This document shows positions 40,734 to 55,842 of a stretch of DNA of 64,000 nucleotides, piece after piece. Position 1 is the first letter of the stretch. Each line of letters begins with the position of its first letter. Both the position numbers and the translations under genes were made by a program. Below the pieces are notes generated by a model, which was not told where the DNA came from, did no database searches, and saw only the letters and a program-made list of their open reading frames with translations. The stretch lies in assembly GCF_054482525.1 (NCBI RefSeq), contig NZ_CM137006.1; one strand, 5' to 3'.

Positions 40734-41585
40734 TTAACCCGCGTAAGCTGCCAGCATTTCCTGCGCCGCCAGTTTACCCAACGCATTCGCTGCGAAAGGA
40801 CTGTCGCCGGTGAGAACTTTACGGTCCTTATGTACTCGCCCGGTGATGTCGTCATTAATAATGTTCATGCCCATTTTCTTCAGCTCTTCGCCGAAGTACC
40901 AGGTGAGATGACCCGGCATATAGCCTATCTCTGGCGTTTGTTTGTCTGCGGCGTCTGGGAATGCGCAAATGGAATAACCATTCAGTGGGTTATCGCCGTG
41001 GCGAAGCGCCAGAAATGCCGCCGGGCCGTGGCAAAGGGAGATAACAAAACGGTCATTTTTGATTGCCCACTGTAAAGCGGCAGCCACGTTCTGGCTTTCT
41101 GGTAAACCAATAAGTGCGCCATGACCACCAGGAACAAAGATTGCTGCATATTCGCTGTCAGCGTTGAGGCTGGCGACAACATCCGCGAGTTTCTTCGGAT
41201 TGCGGAACAACGATTTATGCTGCTCAAAGAATGGCATTACTTTTTCATCTTTGTGCGGCATAGCCCAGTATTCAAACTTGGTCATCAGACCGGAAATGGT
41301 CGCCACTTCGAATTCGAAACCTGCAGCGTGGAGATGATACAACGGCAGCAACGTTTCAATCGGATGGTTACCGGTCGAGAACAGTTTTCCGTTATCGGTC
41401 GGCAAATAACGTTCGTCCGCGGCGATCACCAGAATTTTATGTTTACCGCGATACGGTTTTGGATAGTCCACGCCATCAAGATCAGAGACAGGACTGGTAT
41501 ATTGGCTAAGCGAATATTCTGAAGGGAAGAATGCATTATCTTCAGCAATATCGACCTGCGGATTTTTACTTGTTTGAACAGTCAT
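40734..41585 (-). CDS. hchA: Hsp31 glyoxalase/chaperone HchA
   Basis: 283 aa, DJ-1/PfpI fold motifs. Confidence 0.9.
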   Translation of the reverse strand: MTVQTSKNPQVDIAEDNAFFPSEYSLSQYTSPVSDLDGVDYPKPYRGKHKILVIAADERYLPTDNGKLFSTGNHPIETLLPLYHLHAAGFEFEVATISGLMTKFEYWAMPHKDEKVMPFFEQHKSLFRNPKKLADVVASLNADSEYAAIFVPGGHGALIGLPESQNVAAALQWAIKNDRFVISLCHGPAAFLALRHGDNPLNGYSICAFPDAADKQTPEIGYMPGHLTWYFGEELKKMGMNIINDDITGRVHKDRKVLTGDSPFAANALGKLAAQEMLAAYAG

Positions 41586-42176
41586 AGTGTATTCCTTATT
41601 GTTGCTTAGTTAGGGTAGTCACTATATTTGCGACTGAGCTGGTCGTTATTTTTACCCAGTCTGGAAAATTGAGTCAATATATCGAAAGCGGTAGTCGGCG
41701 GGCGTAAGTATGTAATGATGATGCTGCACTGGTGTTGAATATTATTCACGCCAAATTTTCCTTATGGAGCAACGCCGTCGCAAGTGGCCTCAATGATTTT
41801 AGACCATTATCAGAGGTCCGGGGCGGCAGGGAGAGATTTAATGTTGTGGAATATTGTGGTGCTGATGAATATTTATATCGCGGATTGGTAGAGAAAAAGC
41901 TTTTTTCATGCACTATTTTTGCAAATATTTCTATATGGACGGCGGTTTTGTTGCGGATTAATTCATAAAGAAATGCATTTGGGTGTTGGCTGGAAGAGAC
42001 GCTGGTAGATTTTATTGAGCCAGGAGGGGCGGGGTAATGTGCTGTATCGATATGCTTTGGCAATTGCGTGTGCCGCAGATGGAGATGAAATGCCAATAAA
42101 AAAGCCTGAGTTCGATGAGGGACGAACTCAGGCTATTGTTAAGTTTTACAGTAACACGCCACGGCGCGTTGGCTGA

Positions 42177-43292
42177 TTAGAACTGGTAGACGATACCAAC
42201 TGCAAACTGGTCATCAGCTGCTGCGCCAGTAATGGCGGCGTCATCTTTATCCAGCATGTTGAATTTGTATGCAGTATAAACGTTCATGTTCTTATTGAAG
42301 TAGTACCAGGTACCAACTTCAATGTAGTTCACACGGTCAGCGTCAACATATCTATGTCCAGGTACACCTTTGATATCTTTACCTTTAGAATACACATAAC
42401 CTAAGGACGGACGCAGACCAAAGTCGAATTGATACTGAACAACCGCTTCAAAGTTCTGGGTTTCATTGATAAGTTGATCACGCATTATTGTATTGCCTTC
42501 TCGATCGGCAACACCTGTATCAATAGAACTCGGAGTCATATTACGAGTTTCACCGTACATTACAGCTGCGTAGACATTGTTCGCGTCATACTTTGCAGCC
42601 AATGACCACAGTTCAGCATTTGAACCGTTTCCATCGGCAACTTGATCGTTGGTGCGATCAGATTTGCTATATGCACCAACGATACCAAAACCATTGATGT
42701 TATAGTCTACAGACAACGCATAGCCGTCACCATTTTGTTTCTTAGTGCTACGGTTGCTGTTTTTGCCTTGGTACTGAATCGCAAAATCAAGACCATCAAC
42801 CAGACCAAAGAAATCAGAGTTACGGTAGGTTGCAACACCGTTGGTACGACCGTTCATGAAGTTGTCAGCGGACGCCCAGGAATCACCACCCCATTCAACT
42901 AACATATCGGTATAAGCTGCGGCATCATAAGCAACACCGTAGTTACGACCATAGTCGAAAGATCCTAACTCGTTATATTTCAAACCTGCGAAGGTTAAAC
43001 GGGTTTTTTCCTGATTAGAGCCTTCGGGCTTGCTGGCGTCGAGGTTGTATTCAAACTGACCAAAACCAGTCAGTTCGCTGGTGATTTGGGTTTCACCTTT
43101 AACACCGAAACGAGCATAGGAGGTATCTTCGTTTTCGCTGTTATTATCATCAGTATTTGACCAGATGCGTTCGCCAACCATCTTGCCGTAGAAATCAACT
43201 TTATTGCCATCTTTATTATAAATTTCAGCCGCATTTGCTGCGCCAGCAACTAATAACGCCGGGACCAGCATTGCCAGAACTTTTCTTTTCAT
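42177..43292 (-). CDS. yedS: OmpC-family general porin (yedS locus), apparently intact
   Basis: Signal peptide [21 protein letters not shown]; porin motifs; C-terminal ...VYQF; lies between hchA and yedR. Confidence 0.8.
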   Translation of the reverse strand: MKRKVLAMLVPALLVAGAANAAEIYNKDGNKVDFYGKMVGERIWSNTDDNNSENEDTSYARFGVKGETQITSELTGFGQFEYNLDASKPEGSNQEKTRLTFAGLKYNELGSFDYGRNYGVAYDAAAYTDMLVEWGGDSWASADNFMNGRTNGVATYRNSDFFGLVDGLDFAIQYQGKNSNRSTKKQNGDGYALSVDYNINGFGIVGAYSKSDRTNDQVADGNGSNAELWSLAAKYDANNVYAAVMYGETRNMTPSSIDTGVADREGNTIMRDQLINETQNFEAVVQYQFDFGLRPSLGYVYSKGKDIKGVPGHRYVDADRVNYIEVGTWYYFNKNMNVYTAYKFNMLDKDDAAITGAAADDQFAVGIVYQF

Positions 43293-43839
43293 TATGTATT
43301 CCCTTGTGATTATAATCTTCATGAATATATCAATAAGTGCTGTTATCCAAAAAAAAGCACATTTGGATACTATTCTATGAAGTTCATTTTATTTTAAAGA
43401 TTACATGTAACAAATGTATTTAAAAGATTTCAAAATGTTTCCAATCTATTTAATATAATTCAGAATTATGAATTCTAAATATAAGCATTCATGAAAATTA
43501 TAAATACATATCAATATGTTATGAGTTGAGCGGAAATATAGGGGGTATCAATGATTGTTGCGCCAAACGGCTGGTGTGATCACGCGCACATTAATGAAGA
43601 CATAAAAAAAGCCGGCATCATGCCGGCCCAAAAAATATAAACAAGACGATAAAAGGCTAATAACGGAAGCATCATGACACAGAATAATAAAAAGGGATAA
43701 TTGTAATCAGTGCTAATATATTGATCGAATGAATTAATAAAGCCGATATCAAAGATAAATAAAATCGCTCAAAACGATTTTTCCTGTATTCACTGCCATT
43801 GCGCAAAAATTATCTATTTGTTCAAAAAATGATTGAGTC

Positions 43840-44223
43840 TTGACTGGCTCATCCAATGTGGAAAAATGTGACTTTTATCACATAATAGTACTAAGTCTGA
43901 ATTTTCCGGGTTATCTCAAAATGGAATACGGTTCGACAAAGATGGAAGAGAGACTCTCTCGCAGCCCTGGTGGCAAATTGGCTTTGTGGGCTTTCTATAC
44001 ATGGTGTGGCTATTTTGTCTGGGCAATGGCGCGTTACATCTGGGTGATGAGCCGGATCCCCGATGCCCCCGTGTCGGGATTTGAAAGCGATTTAGGCTCT
44101 ACCGCGGGAAAGTGGTTAGGGGCACTGGTCGGCTTTTTATTTATGGCTCTGGTCGGGGCATTGTTAGGCAGCATTGCCTGGTACACCCGACCTCGTCCCG
44201 CACGCAGCAGACGCTATGAATAA
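43840..44223 (+). CDS. yedR: Inner membrane protein YedR (start uncertain)
   Basis: 127-aa ORF with TM segments; assigned by synteny. Confidence 0.5.
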   Translation: MTGSSNVEKCDFYHIIVLSLNFPGYLKMEYGSTKMEERLSRSPGGKLALWAFYTWCGYFVWAMARYIWVMSRIPDAPVSGFESDLGSTAGKWLGALVGFLFMALVGALLGSIAWYTRPRPARSRRYE

Positions 44224-44262
44224 AAACTGCTAATGTTGCGACTCTTTGGCAACGGAGCGCGT

Positions 44263-44958
44263 ATGGACTTACAACACTGGCAGACACAGTTCGAAAACTG
44301 GTTGAAAAACCATCATCAGCACCAGGACGCGGCCCATGACGTGTGTCATTTTCGCCGCGTCTGGGCTACGGCACAGAAGCTGGCGGCAGATGACGATGTC
44401 GATATGCTGGTGATTTTAACCGCCTGTTATTTTCACGATATTGTGAGCCTGGCGAAAAATCATCCACAACGGCAGCATTCTTCAATCCTGGCGGCAGAAG
44501 AGACGCGTCGCCTGCTCCGTGAAGAGTTCGTGCAATTTCCGGCGGAGAAAATCGAGGCCGTTTGTCATGCCATTGCCGCTCACAGTTTCAGCGCGCAAAT
44601 CGCCCCCTTAACAACGGAAGCTAAAATCGTCCAGGATGCGGATCGGCTGGAAGCCCTGGGGGCGATTGGCCTGGCGCGCGTGTTTGCTGTTTCAGGGGCA
44701 TTGGGCGTGGCGCTGTTTGATGGTGAAGATCCGTTCGCACAGCATCGCCCGCTTGATGATAAACGCTACGCGCTGGATCATTTCCAGACTAAGTTGCTGA
44801 AGCTACCGCAAACCATGCAAACCGCAAGAGGCAAGCAGCTGGCGCAGCACAACGCGCAATTTTTAGTCGAGTTTATGGCGAAGCTCAGTGCCGAACTGGC
44901 GGGGGAGAATGAAGGTGTCGATCACAAGGTGATAGATGCGTTTTCACCCGCGGGCTGA
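44263..44958 (+). CDS. yedJ: HD-domain phosphohydrolase YedJ
   Basis: HD motif (CYFHDIV); synteny upstream of dcm. Confidence 0.8.
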   Translation: MDLQHWQTQFENWLKNHHQHQDAAHDVCHFRRVWATAQKLAADDDVDMLVILTACYFHDIVSLAKNHPQRQHSSILAAEETRRLLREEFVQFPAEKIEAVCHAIAAHSFSAQIAPLTTEAKIVQDADRLEALGAIGLARVFAVSGALGVALFDGEDPFAQHRPLDDKRYALDHFQTKLLKLPQTMQTARGKQLAQHNAQFLVEFMAKLSAELAGENEGVDHKVIDAFSPAG

Positions 44959-45024
44959 GCGCGTGGCCCTAAATGGCTGTAATTATGTTAACCTGTCGGC
45001 CATCTCAGATGGCCGGTTAAATCT

Positions 45025-46443
45025 ATGCAGGAAAATATATCAGTAACCGATTCATACAGCACCGGGAATGCCGCACAGGCAATGCTGGAGAAACTGCTGC
45101 AAATTTATGATGTTAAAACGCTGGTGGCGCAGCTTAATGGTGTGGGTGAGAATCACTGGAGCGCGGCAATTTTAAAACGTGCGCTGGCGAATGACTCGGC
45201 ATGGCACCGTTTAAGTGAGAAAGAGTTCGCCCATCTGCAAACGTTGTTACCCAAACCACCGGCACATCATCCGCATTATGCGTTTCGCTTTATCGATCTA
45301 TTTGCCGGTATTGGCGGCATCCGTCGCGGTTTTGAATCGATTGGCGGACAGTGCGTGTTTACCAGCGAATGGAACAAACATGCGGTACGCACTTATAAAG
45401 CCAACCATTATTGCGACCCGGCGACGCATCATTTTAATGAAGATATCCGCGACATCACCCTCAGCCATAAAGACGGCGTGAGTGATGAGACGGCGGCGGA
45501 ACATATTCGTCAACACATTCCTGAACACGATGTATTACTGGCCGGTTTCCCATGTCAGCCATTTTCGCTGGCTGGCGTATCGAAAAAGAACTCGCTCGGG
45601 CGGGCGCACGGTTTTGCCTGCGATACCCAGGGCACGCTGTTCTTTGATGTGGTGCGCATTATCGACGCGCGTCGTCCGGCGATGTTTGTGCTCGAAAACG
45701 TCAAAAACCTGAAAAGTCACGATAAAGGAAAAACGTTCCGCATCATCATGCAGACGCTGGACGAACTGGGCTATGACGTGGCTGATGCAGAAGATAACGG
45801 GCCGGACGATCCGAAAATCATCGATGGTAAACATTTCCTGCCGCAGCACCGTGAACGCATCGTGCTGGTGGGTTTTCGTCGCGATCTGAATCTGAAAGCC
45901 GATTTTACCCTGCGTGATATCAGCGAATGTTTTCCTGCGCAGCGAGTGACGCTGGCCCAGCTGCTGGACCCGATGGTCGAGGCGAAATATATCCTGACGC
46001 CGGTGCTGTGGAAGTACCTCTATCGTTATGCGAAAAAACATCAGGCACGCGGTAACGGCTTCGGTTATGGAATGGTTTATCCGAACAATCCGCAAAGCGT
46101 CACGCGTACTCTGTCTGCGCGTTATTACAAAGATGGCGCGGAAATTTTAATCGATCGCGGCTGGGATATGGCCACGGGTGAAAAAGACTTTGACGATCCG
46201 CTGAATCAGCAACATCGTCCACGTCGGTTAACGCCTCGGGAATGCGCGCGCTTAATGGGTTTTGAAGCGCCGGGAGAAGCGAAATTCCGCATTCCGGTTT
46301 CGGACACTCAGGCCTATCGCCAGTTCGGTAACTCGGTGGTCGTGCCGGTCTTTGCCGCGGTGGCAAAACTGCTTGAGCCAAAAATCAAACAGGCGGTGGC
46401 GTTGCGTCAGCAAGAGGCACAACATGGGCGACGTTCACGATAA
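45025..46443 (+). CDS. dcm: DNA-cytosine methyltransferase Dcm
   Basis: 472 aa; motif [13 protein letters not shown], motif IV PCQPFS. Confidence 0.9.
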   Translation: MQENISVTDSYSTGNAAQAMLEKLLQIYDVKTLVAQLNGVGENHWSAAILKRALANDSAWHRLSEKEFAHLQTLLPKPPAHHPHYAFRFIDLFAGIGGIRRGFESIGGQCVFTSEWNKHAVRTYKANHYCDPATHHFNEDIRDITLSHKDGVSDETAAEHIRQHIPEHDVLLAGFPCQPFSLAGVSKKNSLGRAHGFACDTQGTLFFDVVRIIDARRPAMFVLENVKNLKSHDKGKTFRIIMQTLDELGYDVADAEDNGPDDPKIIDGKHFLPQHRERIVLVGFRRDLNLKADFTLRDISECFPAQRVTLAQLLDPMVEAKYILTPVLWKYLYRYAKKHQARGNGFGYGMVYPNNPQSVTRTLSARYYKDGAEILIDRGWDMATGEKDFDDPLNQQHRPRRLTPRECARLMGFEAPGEAKFRIPVSDTQAYRQFGNSVVVPVFAAVAKLLEPKIKQAVALRQQEAQHGRRSR

Positions 46444-46894
46444 GGCCACCCGCAGCAAAAATATGCGCGCGATTGCTACGCGTGATACGGCGATTGAGAA
46501 GCGCCTCGCCAGTCTGTTAACCGGGCAGGGCCTGGCATTTCGCGTTCAGGACGCGGATCTCCCCGGACGCCCGGATTTTGTCGTTGATGAATATCGCTGC
46601 GTGATATTTACCCACGGCTGCTTCTGGCATCATCATCACTGCTATCTGTTTAAAATGCCTGCGACTCGAACCGAGTTCTGGCTGGAGAAGATAGGTAAAA
46701 ATGTTGAGCGGGATCGCCGTGATATCAGTCGCTTGCAGGAGCTTGGCTGGCGTGTACTGATTGTCTGGGAGTGTGCGTTACGTGGGCGCGAGAAGCTGAC
46801 GGATGAAGCGCTTACCGAGCGTCTGGAAGAGTGGATCTGCGGCGAAGGTGCCAGCGCGCAGATCGACACGCAGGGGATTCATTTACTCGCTTGA
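46424..46894 (+). CDS. vsr: Very-short-patch repair endonuclease Vsr
   Basis: Internal ATG at 46424 ([17 protein letters not shown]...) overlapping the dcm 3' end by 20 nt. Confidence 0.85.
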   Translation: MGDVHDKATRSKNMRAIATRDTAIEKRLASLLTGQGLAFRVQDADLPGRPDFVVDEYRCVIFTHGCFWHHHHCYLFKMPATRTEFWLEKIGKNVERDRRDISRLQELGWRVLIVWECALRGREKLTDEALTERLEEWICGEGASAQIDTQGIHLLA

Positions 46895-47803
46895 TGCATC
46901 CTGAATAACTGGCGCAACTACGGGTTTTGCCGGGAAGAGATATTTTCCCAACGTGACCAGTACCACCGCGAAGACAATCACGCCGAGCGCCAGCCATTCA
47001 ATCTTCGACAGCGTCTCTCCGCCCAGTCCCGTACCCAGCAAGACCGCGACCACAGGGTTAACGTAGGCGTAGCTGGTGGCGAGAGCCGGACTGACGTTGC
47101 GGATTAAATACATATAAGCGTTAATGGCGATAATCGAACCAAACAGCGCCAGATAGCCGACCGCAAGGAAGCCTGAAAGGGAAGGGAGCGCCGTCAGTTT
47201 TTCACCCGCAATCATCGACGCGATCATTAACACCACGCCTGCCGCCAGCATCTCAATCGCACCCGCCATCATCCCTACAGGTAAGGTAATGCGCGAGCCA
47301 TAAACCGAGCCAAACGCCCAGCTAATCGAGCCGATTAAAATCAGAATCGCGCCCCACGGATTGCCGCTTAAATTTCCACCGCTATTGAGCATGATGATTC
47401 CGGCAAGCTCAATGGCGATACCCACCCATTCCAGTTTGCGCGTTTTAATGCCAAACAGGCGGCTGAAGCACAGGGTAAAAAGGGGCACGGTTGCAACCAC
47501 TACGGCGGCGATGCCGGAAGGAACATTTTGATGTTCGGCAACCGTCACCATGCCATTACCGACAGCCAGCAATAACAGGCCAATCAGCGCGGCATTGAGC
47601 AGCGGACGTAGCGGGGGGAGTTTGTGTCCGCGCAGTAGCAAAAATGCCAGCAATAAAATACCGGCTGCCAGGAATCGAACGCCCGCCATCATTAACGGAG
47701 GCCAGCTTTCCACGCCAATCCGAATGACAAAATAGGTTGAGCCCCAAATGATATACAACGCAAACAACGCGCCAAAAAGCGGTAACAACTGGCGGAAACG
47801 CAT
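46883..47803 (-). CDS. yedA: EamA/DMT-family transporter YedA
   Basis: 306 aa, 10 TM pattern; synteny. Confidence 0.8.
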   Translation of the reverse strand: MRFRQLLPLFGALFALYIIWGSTYFVIRIGVESWPPLMMAGVRFLAAGILLLAFLLLRGHKLPPLRPLLNAALIGLLLLAVGNGMVTVAEHQNVPSGIAAVVVATVPLFTLCFSRLFGIKTRKLEWVGIAIELAGIIMLNSGGNLSGNPWGAILILIGSISWAFGSVYGSRITLPVGMMAGAIEMLAAGVVLMIASMIAGEKLTALPSLSGFLAVGYLALFGSIIAINAYMYLIRNVSPALATSYAYVNPVVAVLLGTGLGGETLSKIEWLALGVIVFAVVLVTLGKYLFPAKPVVAPVIQDASSE

Positions 47804-47975
47804 AATCCCTCACGGTGGAAATAAAAAGGTGGTTCATAGTAAACGTGAAAATCATTCTGCTGGCGAGAGATATAATTGCACTTGATTGTTAAAAAAATGT
47901 TGACCTGTGAAGCAAGTATCAGAGGTGCCGTTTTTGCTTCATACTTACACCCTTCAACAATAAAAATGAGAGGGA

Positions 47976-48893
47976 ATGCTTTTGGCCGGGAGTAGTTTAC
48001 TGACGTTGCTCGATGATATCGCCACACTGCTGGACGATATTTCCGTGATGGGCAAGCTGGCGGCGAAGAAAACCGCCGGTGTATTAGGGGATGACTTATC
48101 GCTCAATGCGCAACAAGTTTCAGGCGTGCGGGCCAACCGGGAACTTCCCGTGGTCTGGGGCGTGGCGAAAGGATCGCTGATCAATAAAGTGATTCTGGTG
48201 CCGCTGGCGCTGATCATCAGTGCGTTTATCCCGTGGGCGATTACGCCACTGTTGATGATTGGCGGCGCGTTTCTCTGCTTTGAAGGGGTAGAGAAAGTGC
48301 TGCATATGCTGGAGGCGCGTAAACATAAAGAAGATCCGGCGCAGAGTCAGCAGCGTCTGGAGAAGCTGGCGGCGCAGGATCCGCTGAAGTTTGAAAAAGA
48401 CAAAATAAAAGGGGCGATTCGTACCGATTTTATATTGTCTGCGGAAATCGTCGCCATCACGCTGGGGATTGTGGCAGAAGCGCCGTTGCTTAATCAGGTG
48501 CTGGTGCTTTCAGGCATCGCGCTGGTAGTGACCGTGGGCGTCTACGGTCTGGTAGGGGTTATCGTTAAGATTGATGACCTGGGGTATTGGCTGGCGGAAA
48601 AATCCAGCGCGCTGATGCAGGCATTAGGTAAAGGGTTATTGATCATTGCGCCCTGGTTGATGAAAGCGTTATCGATTGTCGGCACGCTGGCGATGTTCCT
48701 CGTCGGCGGCGGGATTGTGGTACATGGTATTGCGCCGCTGCATCACGCCATTGAACATTTCGCCGGGCAGCAAAGTGCAGTGGTGGCGATGATATTACCG
48801 ACTGTTTTAAATCTGATTCTTGGATTTATCATCGGCGGCATCGTGGTGCTGGGAGTGAAAGCAGTAGCGAAAATGCGCGGTCAGGCACATTAA
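47976..48893 (+). CDS. yedI: Inner membrane protein YedI (DUF808)
   Basis: 305 aa; synteny. Confidence 0.75.
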   Translation: MLLAGSSLLTLLDDIATLLDDISVMGKLAAKKTAGVLGDDLSLNAQQVSGVRANRELPVVWGVAKGSLINKVILVPLALIISAFIPWAITPLLMIGGAFLCFEGVEKVLHMLEARKHKEDPAQSQQRLEKLAAQDPLKFEKDKIKGAIRTDFILSAEIVAITLGIVAEAPLLNQVLVLSGIALVVTVGVYGLVGVIVKIDDLGYWLAEKSSALMQALGKGLLIIAPWLMKALSIVGTLAMFLVGGGIVVHGIAPLHHAIEHFAGQQSAVVAMILPTVLNLILGFIIGGIVVLGVKAVAKMRGQAH

Positions 48894-48971
48894 TACTCGC
48901 ACTGGCTATTATGCAAAATTCGCCATCTTCAACTAAGGTGAACAAGTTTCACTCGAAAAAAGGAGGCGAGT

Positions 48972-49154
48972 ATGAGCTTTATGGTTAGTGAGGAAGTTAC
49001 GGTTAAAGAGGGCGGCCCGCGGATGATTGTCACCGGATACTCCAGCGGTATGGTTGAGTGTCGTTGGTATGACGGTTACGGGGTCAAGCGGGAAGCTTTT
49101 CATGAAACCGAGCTTGTTCCGGGGGAGGGGAGTCGTTCTGCGGAAGAAGTTTGA
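48972..49154 (+). CDS. yodC: Small protein YodC
   Basis: 60-aa ORF with RBS aggagg; synteny. Confidence 0.7.
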   Translation: MSFMVSEEVTVKEGGPRMIVTGYSSGMVECRWYDGYGVKREAFHETELVPGEGSRSAEEV

Positions 49155-49324
49155 AAGGGTATCATTAACACCAGGCCGGATCACATCCGGCCTGGTGTGC
49201 CAATGCCTGCAATGAATGATAGTCGCGTCTTATCATGCCACCATTATAAAATTATCGCTGTTTTGCGGTACGTTATCGCCGGGTTATGCCAGAATCATAA
49301 AAAAGCAGGTTGGGAGTCGTCAGG

Positions 49325-51849
<2,525 letters not shown>

Positions 51850-52028
51850 TTACCAGGATGATTCTTAAAACAGCACAAATTATCAAAGATGATTTTTTCG
51901 GGAGCGATCCCGTTGACGCCAGAGCCACCAAGGGGTGACGCGCGTCACATTTCTATTCATAAGTAGCGTTAATCATTCATATCACGAATATTTTCTTGTC
52001 AGCGAAAAAAATTGCGGATAAGGTGATG

Positions 52029-52115
52029 AACACATCAGATTTCCTGGTGTAACGAATTTTTTAAGTGCTTCTTGCTTAAGCAAGTTTCATCCCGACCCCC
52101 TCAGGGTCGGGATTT
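52029..52115 (+). ncRNA. dsrA: DsrA small regulatory RNA
   Basis: aacacatcagatttcctggtgtaacgaattttttaagtgcttcttgcttaagcaagtttcatcccgaccccctcagggtcgggattt matches DsrA as recalled; ends in a terminator. Confidence 0.85.
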
Positions 52116-52128
52116 TTTTATTGTGCAT

Positions 52129-52356
52129 TCAACGATTCACTTCAGAGACGCTGAAGTCATGAATATCCAGTTCGAAGGCATCCGCCAATTCACGCCATGT
52201 ATGATATTCACGTCCATCGACGCTAACGTGTTCAGAATCGTTCTGGCTGCGATGAACTTCGCTTTCGCTAATTTCATTGATCGCCGCCAGCAGGGCATCG
52301 ACATCGACGCTGACCTCACGTTTTGCGGTATCGCTGTACTCTTTTGCGGTTTTCAT
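52129..52356 (-). CDS. yodD: Small stress protein YodD
   Basis: 75 aa from internal Met (MKTAKEYSD...). Confidence 0.75.
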   Translation of the reverse strand: MKTAKEYSDTAKREVSVDVDALLAAINEISESEVHRSQNDSEHVSVDGREYHTWRELADAFELDIHDFSVSEVNR

Positions 52357-52428
52357 CATCTTTCCTCGCAACCGTTACTCTGTTGTTGCCGCCAGTCGTT
52401 AAGTCCGCCTGGCATCTCTTAAGTATAG

Positions 52429-52707
<279 letters not shown>

Positions 52708-52750
52708 TCTAATTCAGCCTGACTGGTGGGAAACCACCAGTCAGAATGTG

Positions 52751-53374
52751 TTAGCGCATGTTGACAAAAATACCATTAGTCACATTATCCGTCAGTCGGA
52801 CGACATGGTAGATAACCTGTTTATTATGCGTTTTGATCTTACGTTTAATATTACCTTTATGCGATGAAACGGTCTTGGCTTTGATATTCATTTGGTCGGA
52901 GATTTGAATGGTTCCCTGACCTGCCATCCACATTCGCAACATACTCGATTCGGTTCGGCTCAATGATAACGTCGGCATATTTAAAAACGAGGTTATCGTT
53001 GTCTCTTTTTTCAGAATATCGCCAAGGATATCGTCGAGAGATTCCGGTTTAATCGATTTAGAACTGATCAATAAATTTTTTCTGACCAATAGATATTCAT
53101 CAAAATGAACATTGGCAATTGCCATAAAAACGATAAATAACGTATTGGGATGTTGATTAATGATGAGCTTGATACGCTGACTGTTAGAAGCATCGTGGAT
53201 GAAACAGTCCTCATTAATAAACACCACTGAAGGGCGCTGTGAATCACAAGCTATGGCAAGGTCATCAACGGTTTCAATGTCGTTGATTTCTCTTTTTTTA
53301 ACCCCTCTACTCAACAGATACCCGGTTAAACCTAGTCGGGTGTAACTACATAAATCCATAATAATCGTTGACAT
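52751..53374 (-). CDS. rcsA: Capsule regulator RcsA (LuxR-type HTH)
   Basis: 207 aa; C-terminal LuxR HTH. Confidence 0.85.
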
Positions 53375-53663
53375 GGCATACCCTCACTCAATGCGTAACG
53401 ATAATTCCCCTTACCTGAATATTTCATCATGACTAAACGGAACAACATGGGTCACCTAATGCGCCACTCTCGCGATTTTTCAGGCGGACTTACTATCCCG
53501 TAAAGTGTTGTATAATTTGCCTGGAATTGTCTTAAAGTAAAGTAAATGTTGCGATATGTGAGTGAGCTTAAAACAAATATTTCGCCGCAGGAGTATCCTG
53601 GAAGATGTTCGTAGGTATTATTTTTCGGATAATCCTTAGGATAACATGATAAACGTTACGGAA

Positions 53664-54449
53664 TTATATTAATGGCAATTCACTAATAATATCAGCCAGC
53701 AAATTAAACATCTCACTGAATAAATGTTCGCAAAAAGGCGCAATTAACGGCATTAATGCCGCCATTAAAGAGATACCGACAGTCAGAGTTAATGGAAATC
53801 CAATAACAAAAATGGATAATTGCGGGGCCATACGATTAAGTAAACCTAATGCCAGATTCAGGGTCAGCAGCAGAGTAATGAGCGGTAACGCCAGCATCAG
53901 CCCGTTAAGGAAAATCAAACTCCCTGCTTTGGTGAGTGCCAGAAACGCATTGCTGTTCAACGGTTCGCCACCAATTGGCAGGGTGTGAAAGGTATCGACC
54001 AGCAGTGAAATCAACCATAAATGACCGTTAAATGTCAGGAACAGCAATAATGCCAGCATATCCATGATACGCGCTAGAACGGGCATATTGAGATGGCTGG
54101 CCGGATCGACAAACGTCGCAAATGACAGCCCCATTTGCAGACCGATAATTTCGCCAGCGGTTCGTACAGCGGCAAAGGCAAATTGCATGGTAAAACCAAG
54201 CGCAATGCCGATCAGGATCTGCTGCACGGCCAGCCACAGAGCAAAGAACGAAAAAACAGGAACATCGTTGGCAGGTAATGATGGGGCAATAGCGAACGTG
54301 ATCATCATTGCCAGACCCAGTTTTACCCGTTTCGGCACGCTGCGTTCGCTCAGAATTGGCGCGGTAGAAATGAGCGCCAGCACGCGCAGTAACGGCCAGA
54401 AGTACAGACTTAGCCAGGAAAGCCATTGATCGCTTGTCACCTGCATCAT
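53664..54449 (-). CDS. fliR: Flagellar export apparatus protein FliR
   Basis: 261 aa polytopic; operon order fliLMNOPQR. Confidence 0.9.
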   Translation of the reverse strand: MMQVTSDQWLSWLSLYFWPLLRVLALISTAPILSERSVPKRVKLGLAMMITFAIAPSLPANDVPVFSFFALWLAVQQILIGIALGFTMQFAFAAVRTAGEIIGLQMGLSFATFVDPASHLNMPVLARIMDMLALLLFLTFNGHLWLISLLVDTFHTLPIGGEPLNSNAFLALTKAGSLIFLNGLMLALPLITLLLTLNLALGLLNRMAPQLSIFVIGFPLTLTVGISLMAALMPLIAPFCEHLFSEMFNLLADIISELPLI

Positions 54450-54457
54450 TGTACGGG

Positions 54458-54727
54458 CTACCCGATGATATACGGCAGGTTAGTGAACAAGGTGCGGACG
54501 TAATCCAGCAACAGATTGAGCATCCACGGTCCGGCAATAATAATGGCGATAAATACGGCGATGATTTTCGGAATAAACGACAGCGTCATTTCGTTAATCT
54601 GTGTGGCGGCCTGCAAAATACTGATGATAAGGCCCGTGACCAGCGCCACCAGCAACAGCGGGGCAGCCAGTGCCAGCGCGACTTTCATCGCTTCAGTCCC
54701 CATCATCATGACCGATTCAGGTGTCAT
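54458..54727 (-). CDS. fliQ: Flagellar export apparatus protein FliQ
   Basis: 89 aa, two TM helices. Confidence 0.9.
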   Translation of the reverse strand: MTPESVMMMGTEAMKVALALAAPLLLVALVTGLIISILQAATQINEMTLSFIPKIIAVFIAIIIAGPWMLNLLLDYVRTLFTNLPYIIG

Positions 54728-54736
54728 TTTGCCTCT

Positions 54737-55474
54737 CTAGCTGTAAAAGCTCTGCGCCAGCGAACCGACCAGCAATTGCCAGCCATCCACCAGTACAAAC
54801 AGCATCAGTTTAAAGGGCAGAGCAATAGTGGCTGGGGGAACCATCATCATCCCCAATGCCATCAACACGCTGGCAATCACCAGGTCGATAATCAAAAAAG
54901 GAATGAAAATCGTGAAGCCTATCTGAAATGCGGTTTTCAACTCGCTGGTCACGTAAGCCGGGAGCAAAATGCGCATCGGCACGGCTTCAGGTCCCTGCAA
55001 CGGGCCAGTATTTGCCAGTCTGGCAAACAACCCTAAATCCGCCTCACGGGTCTGACGCAGCATAAACTCACGCAGCGGCTGCGCCCCTTTTTCCAGCGCC
55101 TCCTGCATTGATATTTTCTCTTCGCTGAATGGCTGGTACGCATCGACATAAATTTTGTCGATCACCGGTGACATAATAAAAAAGGTCAAAAACAGTGCCA
55201 GCCCCAGCAATACCTGGTTAGGTGGCGCGGAGGGCGTTCCCAGCGCGTTACGCAATAAACCAAAAACAATGATGATGCGGGTGAAACTGGTCATCATCAG
55301 TAAAATTGCCGGAATAAACGTCAACGAGGTGATGAATACCAGCGTCTGCACCGGGAGCGACCAGCTTTGTCCACCGCCAGGCAGCGGCTGGCTGGTGATA
55401 CCCGGCAGTTGCGCGAAGGCGAGGGGCGTAATCAGCCAGAGAAGGACAGGTGCGACAGACAACAAACGACGCAT
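54737..55474 (-). CDS. fliP: Flagellar export apparatus protein FliP
   Basis: 245 aa with signal peptide. Confidence 0.9.
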   Translation of the reverse strand: MRRLLSVAPVLLWLITPLAFAQLPGITSQPLPGGGQSWSLPVQTLVFITSLTFIPAILLMMTSFTRIIIVFGLLRNALGTPSAPPNQVLLGLALFLTFFIMSPVIDKIYVDAYQPFSEEKISMQEALEKGAQPLREFMLRQTREADLGLFARLANTGPLQGPEAVPMRILLPAYVTSELKTAFQIGFTIFIPFLIIDLVIASVLMALGMMMVPPATIALPFKLMLFVLVDGWQLLVGSLAQSFYS

Positions 55475-55842
55475 CAGGATCTCCCGCTACGCTTAAGCAA
55501 GTTTTTCATGACCGACTGAAAATCGGTCTGCGGTATCTCTTCCGTTGGTGCTGAAGGGGGAAGTTTATGCAGCAGATTGATTTGCCCAGCGGTAACGCCG
55601 AGCACCAGCCGTGCATCTTCCACATCGACCACCACGACCCGTTCACGCGCGCCCAGCGAAGCACTGGCGCTAATTTTCAGACCGTTAACGCCAGTGCGTT
55701 TCTGGGCAAATCCCAGCCGTTTTACCAGCCAGGCAGCAGCGAGGATCAGGGCAATAATGGCGATGAGTGCGCCGCTCACCTGCAGCAGTGGCGCAGCAGA
55801 AACCGGCGCGGAAGATTGCACAGTAGCGTGGTTATTCATCAC
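55474..55842 (-). CDS. fliO: Flagellar protein FliO
   Basis: 122 aa, single TM. Confidence 0.85.
   Translation of the reverse strand: MMNNHATVQSSAPVSAAPLLQVSGALIAIIALILAAAWLVKRLGFAQKRTGVNGLKISASASLGARERVVVVDVEDARLVLGVTAGQINLLHKLPPSAPTEEIPQTDFQSVMKNLLKRSGRS

Noticed and set aside
41732-42096. Overlapping 78-aa and 116-aa ORFs in the hchA-porin intergenic region
   Set aside because: No RBS and atypical composition; region is more likely the porin and hchA regulatory DNA.
45535-46095. 186-aa minus-strand ORF
   Set aside because: Antisense within dcm.
54434-55036. 200-aa plus-strand ORF
   Set aside because: Antisense to fliP/fliQ; His/Gln-rich low-complexity translation.
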